Assembly: GCA_964016885.1 (NCBI GenBank)
Contig: OZ024740.1
Location: 14,694,001-14,758,000 of the forward strand
DNA: 64,000 bases
From: Eledone cirrhosa
Taxonomy: Eukaryota
Direction: 5' to 3'
Part shown: piece after piece, positions 13,181-21,484 of the stretch
Layout: every line of letters begins with the position of its first letter
Numbering within the stretch: position 1 is the stretch's first letter
Made by a program: the position numbers and the translations under genes
Notes under the pieces: model-generated
The model's database searches: none
What the model was told of the DNA's origin: nothing
The model's input: only the letters and a program-made list of their open reading frames with translations

Positions 13181-13252
13181 CGTCCCTACTGCAGTTTCAT
13201 TGAGTAACACTCCACATTCTGTACTGTGAACATCTCACCTCATCAGGGTACA
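13181..13252 (-). ncRNA. Minimal type I hammerhead ribozyme motif with palindromic stem III
   Basis: Minus strand: UGUACC CUGAUGA GGUGAG...CUCAAU GAAA CUGCAG UA| GGGACG. Stem III is the palindrome ACUGCAGU, with a GUA triplet. Stem I is imperfect. Confidence 0.6.
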
Positions 13253-13353
13253 TCTCACCTTATCAGGGAACATCTCAACTCATCAGGTAACACCTCAACT
13301 CACCAGGGAATATCTCACCTCATCAGGGAACATCTCACCTCATCAGGAAACAT
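13228..13353. repeat. 20-bp minisatellite (GAACATCTCACCTCATCAGG) x ~6
   Basis: Six units with 20-bp period read directly. Confidence 0.95.
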
Positions 13354-13526
13354 TCTTAAACAAGAGAGGAATCAACTGAGTTATTCGCTACCAGCGATAA
13401 TTTCGAACGGGAGAATTACCATGTGATTAGAGACCTACTGAGGAACAGAGGTATGTGGACAATGGGAAATGAAACGACCCTCCCATGTTCAATGAAAGAA
13501 GAAAGCATTATCATTATCGACCCATA

Positions 13527-13711
13527 GGGCGGTGGATTGGCAGTATCGGTAGAGAGTCGGACGCCATGCTTTCCAGCATAGTTACGTCCCTTTACAGACT
13601 GAGTTCAAATCCCGCCGAGGTTAACTTTGTCTTTCATCCTTACGGGGTCAATAAAATAAAGTACCAGTAATGCACTGGGTAATTGCTGGCCTTGTGCTAA
13701 AAGTAGAAACA
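13527..13711 (+). mobile_element. Full-length tRNA-derived SINE with 16-bp flanking direct repeat
   Basis: A box TGGCAGTATCGG (13538-13549), B box GTTCAAATC (13603-13611), central CTTTCATCCTTACGGGGTC.ATAAAATAAAGTACCAG (resembles the Nin/Deu-type SINE domain from memory). ATTATCATTATCGACC occurs at 13507-13522 and 13712-13727. Confidence 0.92.
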
Positions 13712-13720
13712 ATTATCATT

Positions 13721-13890
13721 ATCGACCTCAGTGCATTACTGGTACTTTATTTTATCGAACCCGGAAGGACGAAGGGAAAAGTTGACCTTTCATCATTGAT
13801 AAAATAAAGTACCAGTAATGTACTGAGGTCGATTTAATCAACTTTCCCCTTCACAGAAAATTGTTGGCCTTGTACCAAAATTAGAAACCA
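13721..13890. mobile_element. Two SINE fragments joined in inverted orientation (minus ~13721-13788, plus ~13786-13890)
   Basis: atcgacctcagtgcattactggtactttattttatc is the reverse complement of gataaaataaagtaccagtaatgtactgaggtcgat (1 mismatch). The plus fragment continues to the normal 3' end TTAGAAACC. Confidence 0.85.
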
Positions 13891-13897
13891 TCATTTA

Positions 13898-14113
13898 GGG
13901 CGGAGGACTGCCAGTAGAGTGTTGGACGCCATGCTACATGGTATAGAGTTACAGCCCTTTACGTTTTGAGTACAAAATCCCACCGAGGTTAGTTTCACCT
14001 TTCATCATTACGGGGTCGATAAAATAAAGTACCAGTAACGCACTTGGGTCGATTCACTCTACTTTCCTCCCCCCCCCCCCCAAATTGTGGGCCTTGTGTC
14101 TAAATCAGAAACC
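13898..14113 (+). mobile_element. Near full-length tRNA-derived SINE (long variant with poly-C segment)
   Basis: Same head, central domain and 3' end GGCCTTGTGTCTAAATCAGAAACC as the other copies. B box degenerate. Confidence 0.88.

Positions 14114-14157
<44 letters not shown>
14114..14157. repeat. (AAT)n tract, reading as the (TTA)n tail of the adjacent minus-strand LINE
   Basis: Read directly; abuts the LINE 3' end at 14158. Confidence 0.9.
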
Positions 14158-15425
14158 GGATTTCATTTATTAGCCACAAGGGCCGACATGTAGGGGACAA
14201 TACAAAGACAGGGACAGTGGGAGTTTACAATAAGGTCGAGTAAAAGTGCACAATGGCAAGACTAATTTAACAATGAAGATATAAAAATATAAAATAAACT
14301 ATGCATAAATATAACAAAATAAATTCCCCGATAGGGGGCGGACGACCCAGGGGTGACTCAGGTACCCCACCAATCCTGAACCACCATGCGCTTCTAGGGA
14401 ACCCAGGGAGAGCACCCCTATCCTCAAGTTAACTAGCCTATAGGCGCATGGTCAGAGTAGGCCCATTCACACGGGCCATTCTCGCCACATTCATCCACCT
14501 TTTAGAAAATGTACTGGGTGTGTGTGTGGGGGGGGGAACACTTCTCTCTCCACCCTCACCTTCCTTTCCAGGTGAAACTTGAAGAAGTTGATGAAGGATT
14601 GGCCGAAGAGAAAAGTGTCTGTCTTCAGTCCTTTTAATCTGGTCCACCATATAACCTCTTTCGCAACGGCCACCAGACAGAGGAAAATTGCCTGCTCTTC
14701 CTGACCTAATGAAGGAGGGTCGATCTTCACTATGGACTCGGCCGATAGCCGGATCCGTTCTACACGCGACAGTAGCTGTTCGACATAACTCCACAAGTCA
14801 GTAATGCACGGACATTGGACAAGTGCGTGCAGAACGGTTTCGTCGCTCTGTGCGCATCTTGGGCAGGTCCGTCTTACAGCACTTCCGTGCCTGTAGAGTT
14901 TATCCAGAACTGGCAGTGACCCCAGGTAGCACTTCCAAACGAGGGATCTCTGGAAATTGTCCATCCTCCTCGGCTCGAAAGTCCTCCGGTACAGACTAGT
15001 CAATTCGACTTCATCGAGGCCCAAAGCTTCTCCGAGTGCGTCATCGCACTTGCCCACCACTAATCCTCTATAGAACTCGAGAGTAGAAGTTCCACTGATC
15101 GCATTGCCCGCTTGGTAGAGGGCAGTGAGTGCCTGGCAACATTCCAGAGGCCAGTCACCAGTCTCGGTCTCTTCTTGACCCAGGACTGCAGCTCAGTCAA
15201 TAAACGAGCTGCGGAAAGGCCCGTCTGATAAACGGCGACCACACCCGTTCACCGTTTAGGCAGAATGTCTGGAGATGTAGCAGCCTCAGCGCATGTCTGC
15301 GCATCATTAACCACGGCATTCCCAGCCCTCCGCGTAGAGGGTGCTGGCAGCAGATGGACCGCCTCACCAACGGAACTTGTCCTTTCCACAAATATTTGAA
15401 GAGGAGCCGTTCCAACTTGACGAGG
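14158..15425 (-). mobile_element. 5'-truncated, frameshifted L1/Tx1-clade LINE (ORF2 C-terminus, 3' UTR, tail)
   Basis: Post-RT motif FKYLWKG...RRSICCQHPLRGGLGMP. zf-RVT motif WKCYLGSLPV..CPRCAQSDETVLHALVQCP..LW. C-terminus ...FSKRWMNVARM..RL* ends at 14438 after a frameshift. AATAAA at 14171-14166, then a (TTA)n tail. Confidence 0.85.
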
Positions 15426-15930
15426 CACGGTCAGTGATAGAAAACGATCAGGTGAAGGTGCTATGGGATTTTAGGATACAGACGGACAAGAAATTAGAAC
15501 ACAATAGGCCTGACCTGGTGGTTTTCGACAAGGAAAAAAGATCGTGCCTGATTGTAGATGTAGCCTGCCAATTTGACACGAGAGTGCAAGAAAAGAAGAG
15601 GGAGAAAATTAACCGATACCAGGACTTAAAGTGGGAGGTAAAAGGGTTTTGGAACTGCCATGAAGTCAAGGTCGTCCCGATTGTCATAGGCGCACCAGGT
15701 ACTATCTCAAAGAGTTTCCAAGGATGGTTAAAGAAGATTAGTCCAGCTCCGCTTTTTGCAACACTTCAAAAGGCATGCTTGCTGGGAACAGCAAAAACCC
15801 TCCGATACGTCCTGAATATCTGAGGCTGCAGGTAGCGGCTTGATATTCATTTCAACAAACTTTCCAGTTAAATAACATCAATGACTCAGACTCAAAGAAC
15901 AACAACAACAACAATAATAATAATAATAAT
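15421..15930 (+). mobile_element. R4/Dong-like RLE non-LTR retrotransposon, 3' fragment 1 (endonuclease domain, 3' UTR, (AAC)n(AAT)n tail)
   Basis: VIENDQVKVLWDFRIQTD..HNRPDLVV..IVDVAC..KREKINRYQDL..VVPIVIGAPG..LQKACLLGTAKTLRYVL* matches the PD-(D/E)XK RLE motifs. Stop at 15823; tail 15898-15930. Confidence 0.88.
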
Positions 15931-17517
15931 GGAGTTTGGACGAGATAAATGCGCCAAAGCCACGTTCACCAGAGGAAAGCTGCTGAGAAGTTCAGACATT
16001 AATCTTGATCGGGGGAATATGATAAGAGAACTTGATCAAGAGGAAACTTACAAATATCTAGGTGTTTGTGAAGGAGACGGAATCAAGCACTCGACAGTGA
16101 GGGAAAGGATAAGGAAGGAATATTACCGCAGAGTAAGAGCAATCTTAAGAACGGAATTGAATGCAAGGAATAGGATCGATGCCATAAACACGCTTGCCAT
16201 ACGAGTTACCTACTGTTACAATGTCATCAACTGGTCAAGCACAGAGATCCGTAGGCTCGATACAAAAATTAGAAAATTCTTAACCATGCACAGAATGCAT
16301 CACCCTAAGGCAGATACAGATAGAATATGAAAGAAGGAGGACGTGGATTAATCCAGTTAGATATTGCTTAGAAAACTGCAACAATTGGATTATCTACATA
16401 TCTAAGGGAATCACATGATTGGATGATCAAACTCGTTTTGAAACATGAAAGCATCAAAAGATCATACTCCATTACAAAAGATGCACAAAGATACAGTAAT
16501 GGACTACAGATTTCAGAAGTTCCATTTACTGCTGAAATGGAAAACACAGAAAAAGCAAAGCAGGTAAAAGTAACTGCAAAGAAAGAACTGCTACAGAAAC
16601 TGGCTAAGAAATGGCAAGAAAAGCCTCTGTATGGAAAATACCCAGAACGAGCTAACAATCCTGATGTTGACAAAACTTTAACCCATCAGTGGTTGGCATC
16701 CTCTGGACTGAAATCGGAGACTGAAGGACTGATTATATCAGCACAAGATCAGTGTCTGCCAACAAAAGATTATCAAGCCAACATCATAAAAAATGAATGC
16801 AACCCATTATGCCGTGTATGTAAAAAAACAACCAGAGACCATTGACCATATAATTTCAATGTGCATTCCTAGAGCTCCAATACCTAAACAGGCAAGACAG
16901 AGCTGCACAATACATACATTGGATAATGTGTAAGCATTTTGACCTGCCCCATCAAAAGAATTGGTGGGAGCATCAACCACCTCCCGTACTTGAAAACGGT
17001 CACATCTCAATCTAGTGGGAGTTTAGCATCCAAACAGACCGAAAAATAGATGCAAATAGACCTGATATAATACTGAAGGACTTCAAATTGATATGTCCGT
17101 TCCAATATACAAGAATGTATCTATAAAAACATTTGAAAAATTGAGCAAGTATAAGGACCTGGAGATAGAAATTGGAAAAATGTGGAAGTTGAGAACTAAA
17201 ACAATACCAGTGGTTGTAGGCGCTCTAGGAATGATACCTAAGGGGTCTAATGATTACTTATCGCAAATTCCAGGAAACCCGTGTATAGGAGAAATACAAA
17301 AGATAGTACTAATGGGAACTGCCCATATACTAAGGAAGATACTGTCAATATAAGTACATCACAAGTCTAAACACCTAAAGATGCATGTGTGTGTATGTAT
17401 GTTCTTTCTTGAACATGGCGGACCTTGTTGTCTCTTGAAGTCACTGGTTGTGACTTGGTGATAACTCGTATGAACATAAAGCAAGATAAATGCAACTGTA
17501 ATAATAATGATAATAAT
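15929..17517 (+). mobile_element. R4/Dong-like RLE non-LTR retrotransposon, 3' fragment 2 (end of RT, CCHC knuckle, RLE), disrupted
   Basis: MEFGRDKCA, YKYLGV, MHHPKAD, EGGRGL, ETEGLIISAQDQCLPT, CRVC..ETIDHIISMC (frameshifted), NRPDII, EKLSKYKDLEIEI, IPVVVGALG, IQKIVLMGTAHILRKILSI* (stop 17353). Several frameshifts and stops; (TAA)n at both ends. Confidence 0.9.
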
Positions 17518-17518
17518 T

Positions 17519-17688
17519 GTTTCTACTGTTGGTACAAGGCCAGCAATTATTCCAGTGCATTACTAGTACTTTATTTTATCGACCCCGTAAGGATGAAAGG
17601 CGGGATTTGAACTCAGAATGGCAAGGGCCGTAACTCAATCTTGCAAAGCATGGCATCCGAACCTCTACCAATGCTGCCAATCCACCGC
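17519..17688 (-). mobile_element. tRNA-derived SINE copy with a small internal deletion
   Basis: Homologous to 13527-13711. GAAAGGC is joined directly to GGGATTTGAAC (deletion at a GGC microhomology). (AAT)n on both sides. Confidence 0.88.
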
Positions 17689-18289
17689 TATAATAATAAT
17701 AATCATTTTCTGGTCTTTATTGATTTTCTTTTAAAATATTATTGTAGTGCTTTATTTCGGAGTTGAATCGTGAAACCTTTTTTAAAGGTTTCTGCAGGTT
17801 TTACCGGATTATCTTACTTTATAATATTTTAGACATTTTCCGACAAGAAAGCAGCCATTATATGTTGGTCTTTGGAGAGTTCCGTTTTATGAAGAGGCCA
17901 CTGCCAACAGATTTACCAACAGTCACTGCTAGAGAAATTTCAAAGGAATGTTATCAGCAAAAGATTGGCATCCAATCGATGGAGATGTAGCGTTCATCCA
18001 CGTAACTTTATTGATCGCTAACCAATTGTAAACGCAACCATTGTGTTCACCCATCTCCGCCCGCCGCCATTACTGAGTCATGTGACCGAAGGAGACGATA
18101 GTTATTCACCGAGTTATTCAATGCTTCAATAGCCAACCTCCATAGAGACATTCCCACATGGCTGAACAAATCGATAAATGTCTGTCGCCTTACTGATTTG
18201 GCTGGAATGTCAATAAATCAGCATGGCAGAAGAGATCGATAGATCGATATGCAACTTTCGTTGATTGGTTTATGTATATAATAAAATAA

Positions 18290-18323
<34 letters not shown>

Positions 18324-18372
18324 GTGTGTGTGTGTATATATACATACATACATACATACATACATACATACA

Positions 18373-18406
<34 letters not shown>

Positions 18407-18467
18407 CATATATACGTATATATATTTATATATATATATACCTATATACATCGATCCATACATATAT

Positions 18468-18553
<86 letters not shown>

Positions 18554-18592
18554 ATACAAATAAATATATAAATATATAGGTATACACGGGTA

Positions 18593-18653
<61 letters not shown>

Positions 18654-18870
18654 TTAAATCCACAAAGATAGTATGAATTTGATCTAATAATGAATACATT
18701 CATTGTGAATTTCTGATGAATGAGTTGTACACACACACATAGACACATTCACACATTCACACACACACATTCACACACACAAGTACGCACACATACACAG
18801 GCTCACACACACAAATATACACCACGGAAATATATATAAAATACATACATATATATACATTTATCTATAT
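18290..18870. repeat. Compound microsatellite field (GT)n,(AT)n,(ACAT)n,(AC)n,(AG)n
   Basis: Read directly. Confidence 0.95.
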
Positions 18871-19483
18871 ACTAGCAGTGGTACCCGATGTTGCACGGGA
18901 TAAGGTATTTTGGAAGTACCCAACCGATTTTTTTCAAACTTTACATGTGTATTACTTATGTTTCAGGGAGTGTTATGCACATAAACAAATTCAACTTTTT
19001 GATACCCTTTATCATTAGGTGAAAACTGCGTTTTTTCAGCTTTTTAGGGGTTTTTTGAGTCGTTACGTCAGACCGATTTCCTTGAAATTGTAACTATGTA
19101 TTAGTCAGTCTCTTCTTTATAACGTGAGCAGAGAAAATCCAACTTTTTTGTGGCTTGGGGTCCGCATTAGGTGAAAAGCTTCATTTATTCAGCTTTTTAG
19201 GGCTTTTTTTAGGCGTTACGTCTAGCCGATTTCCCCGAAATTTCAAGGCATATTATGCACATAAAAAAAATTCATTTCTTGATCCCCTAGGGCCCGCATT
19301 AGGTGAAAACCTGCATTTTTCCTGTTTCATCGAGGAAAATCTTAAAGATTACCCAGCAATCAGAGTATTCGGTTTATTTTCTTTACATATTGTCCAGGCA
19401 TGCAGTTTTTCCACGATTAGGTCTGTTGGCGGCCCGCGGTCCAAAATAGCTTATCCCGTGCAACGTCGGGTACCACTGTTAGT
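18871..19483. mobile_element. 613-bp non-autonomous element with 44-bp terminal inverted repeats and internal sub-repeats; Helitron-like ends
   Basis: 18871-18914 versus 19440-19483 is 41/44 complementary. The element sits in TA repeats. CATTAGGTGAAAA recurs three times in ~130-150-bp diverged sub-repeats. Confidence 0.85.
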
Positions 19484-19496
19484 ATATATATATATG

Positions 19497-19615
19497 TAGG
19501 ATAATGTTCAAGACCCCGACGGCAGAGCTCAAGCCGTTTCGACGGCTATTTCTGGTCCAGAAATAGCTGTCGAAACGGCTTGAGCTCTGCCGTCGGGGTC
19601 TTGAACATTTTCCTA
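19497..19615. repeat. 119-bp near-perfect palindrome (59-bp arms, centre 19556) containing the 3' half of a hammerhead
   Basis: Arms match with 2 mismatches. The right arm reads C-GAAA-CGGC-UUGAGCUCU-GCCG-UC| GGGGUC. Confidence 0.9.
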
Positions 19616-19692
19616 TTACCCACTCTACTACCCAAAGTATTGAGTACTCTGGTACGTTATAGTCCACCTGGTTCCTTACCACACTTCCTTCG

Positions 19693-19694
<2 letters not shown>

Positions 19695-19724
<30 letters not shown>
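19695..19724. repeat. (AT)n microsatellite
   Basis: Read directly. Confidence 0.95.
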
Positions 19725-19727
<3 letters not shown>

Positions 19728-19915
19728 GGTTTGAGGTTCACCACTGTATAGAGCTGGTCTATTCCGTATGGTCAATCGTAATGCAACAATATAGAGAGTA
19801 CTCAACGTAAAGCAGTTCAACCGTCTTTGTTTTTGTAGTTGGTGGTGCTATTACGGAGTTAGATATAATGAAATGACAGGAGGCTGGATTTGTGTAAATC
19901 CTTGAAAGGTTTATT

Positions 19916-19973
19916 ATACTATGATCATTTCAATGACCGGGTTCCGTATGAATCCGGTGATATCATCAGGTAT
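19916..19973 (-). ncRNA. Minimal hammerhead ribozyme motif (left arm, cleavage triplet intact)
   Basis: AUAC CUGAUGA [ACCGG..CCGGU stem II] GAAA UGAUCA UA| GUAU; palindromic stem III AUGAUCAU. Confidence 0.65.
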
Positions 19974-20127
19974 TCGAAATATAATACGTGAATGTAATAG
20001 ATAAAATCCATGGGGCTGAAAATCGAGGACCCGAGGGCGACCGCTATTCTGTTCCTTCAATTTCTATTCTGGTCCTCGATTTTCAGCCCCATGGATTTTA
20101 TCTATTACATTCACGTATTATATTTCG

Positions 20128-20306
20128 TGAATTGGCAGTATCGGTAGAGGGTTGGACGCCATGTTTTCTAGCATAGTTACGTCCCTTTACAGTCTGAGTT
20201 CAAATCCCGCCGAGGTTAACTTTGCCTTTCATCCTTACGGGGTCGATAAAATAAAGTACCAGTAATGTACTGGGTAATTGCTGGCCTTGTGCCTAAAGTA
20301 GAAACA
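20128..20306 (+). mobile_element. tRNA-derived SINE with 11-bp target-site duplication
   Basis: ATTATATTTCG at 20117-20127 and 20307-20317. The empty site is visible in the opposite arm of the inverted repeat. A and B boxes present; very similar to the copy at 13527-13711. Confidence 0.95.
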
Positions 20307-20318
20307 ATTATATTTCGA

Positions 20319-20376
20319 ATACCTGATGATATCACCGGATTCATACGGAACCCGGTCATTGAAATGATCAGAGTAT
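20319..20376 (+). ncRNA. Hammerhead motif copy in right arm with mutated cleavage triplet (AUA->AGA)
   Basis: ATAC CTGATGA ... GAAA TGATCA GA GTAT. Confidence 0.55.
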
Positions 20377-20426
20377 AATAAACCTTTCAAAAGGATTTAC
20401 ACAAATCCAGCCTCCTGTCATTTCAT

Positions 20427-20429
<3 letters not shown>

Positions 20430-20468
<39 letters not shown>
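20430..20468. repeat. (AT)n microsatellite
   Basis: Read directly. Confidence 0.95.
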
Positions 20469-20471
<3 letters not shown>

Positions 20472-21064
20472 GTGAGCAAAGGCACTGCACAAAGCCAGTC
20501 CCACTCTCTTAACCAAGATGATATTTACCAAAAAGAAGAACAAGTCAACATCATTGGATACCATCAGGGTTGCAGGTGTTATATCAGAGTTTTCCTTCTC
20601 CTAGAATTCTGCCTTCACAAAGGCTAAGGGGTCATCTCTCCCGGTGATTTTGGATGGCCATTGACTCTTAAGAGCTCCTTTGCCCTTTGACAGGTTTTGT
20701 TTTTAGTCCTGCAGGATGTCCAAAGTCACCCTCCTCACCAAGAAACCTTGGTGGGGTTGCCAGTTTAATCGCCAACGACCCGACCATGTATACATACATA
20801 CATATATAGACACATATAGAGGGCGAGTGAGGAGGGAGAAGAGATGTATGGCAGTTACTTGCAATAGAAGCTTCGCCTGATGCATGAGTGAATCTCAAAT
20901 CTAGCAGCTAAGAAATATCTACAATATTTGCCGGTCAATTTACCTTAACCTGTGGCTTGTACTTCTGTCAGGAAGGTAGAATGCTGCTCCACCTCTTCTG
21001 GCCTCCCTCACTAACACTTATGCCTGCAATAACACACATTACCAACTCTTCTTTTTCATACCAG

Positions 21065-21153
21065 CTTCTTCTTCTTCTTCTTCTTCTTCTTCTTCTTCTT
21101 CTTCTTCTTCTTCTTCTTCTTCTTCTTCTTCTTCTTCTTCTTCTTCTTCTTCT
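21065..21153. repeat. (CTT)n microsatellite, ~29 units
   Basis: Read directly. Confidence 0.98.
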
Positions 21154-21309
21154 CGGGGTGTTTTAAGGGTCCAGTACTAATGTATGTTATTTCTAGGATA
21201 ACTTTTAAATCTGGTGGAGCTCATCTCCTCGCAAGGTCTGAATACATCAGATATCTTCCAGAGAAGGATAGAGTGAGAGAATGGATGTGAGAAAGGGATA
21301 TAGAAGGTG

Positions 21310-21432
21310 AATCGACCGCAGTACTTGACTGGTATTTTTTTTATTGACCTTCATTGAATGAATTTGAACTTAGAGAGCAGAGAGGGAACGAATACCGCCA
21401 GGTATTCTAACGGTTTGGCCAGTTCACTGCCT
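21310..21432 (-). mobile_element. Degraded SINE copy with internal deletions
   Basis: atcgaccgcagtacttgactggtatttttttattgacc...atttgaact...ccagttcactgcc matches the family in reverse orientation. Confidence 0.65.
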
Positions 21433-21484
21433 TAATCATAAATATACTATGTTTCAAAAATGGAGGAATTGTCATGGTGGGGAT

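Larger units (their letters stand above)
19865..20429. mobile_element. Long inverted repeat (~167-bp arms, 39-bp spacer), Penelope-like inverted pseudo-LTR remnant; right arm interrupted by a SINE
   Basis: Left arm 19865-20031 is the reverse complement of 20071-20127 plus 20318-20429. Each arm carries a hammerhead core. Ends at (AT)n. Confidence 0.8.

Noticed and set aside
13527-13620. tRNA gene
   Set aside because: A and B boxes are present but there is no cloverleaf. The sequence continues into a body repeated many times in the window, so it is a SINE head.
18190-18748. Cluster of short ORFs (YIYI/HTHT/CVCV)
   Set aside because: Translations of dinucleotide and tetranucleotide microsatellites.
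20870-20935. Another hammerhead-like arrangement (CTGATGC...GAAATAT...ATATT)
   Set aside because: The core box is CUGAUGC rather than CUGANGA, and no convincing stem I or II could be paired.
20470-21060. Possible 5' UTR of an RTE-type LINE on the minus strand (GAGTTTTCCTTCTCCTAG motif)
   Set aside because: Only a vague recollected similarity; no ORF or second copy in the window supports it.
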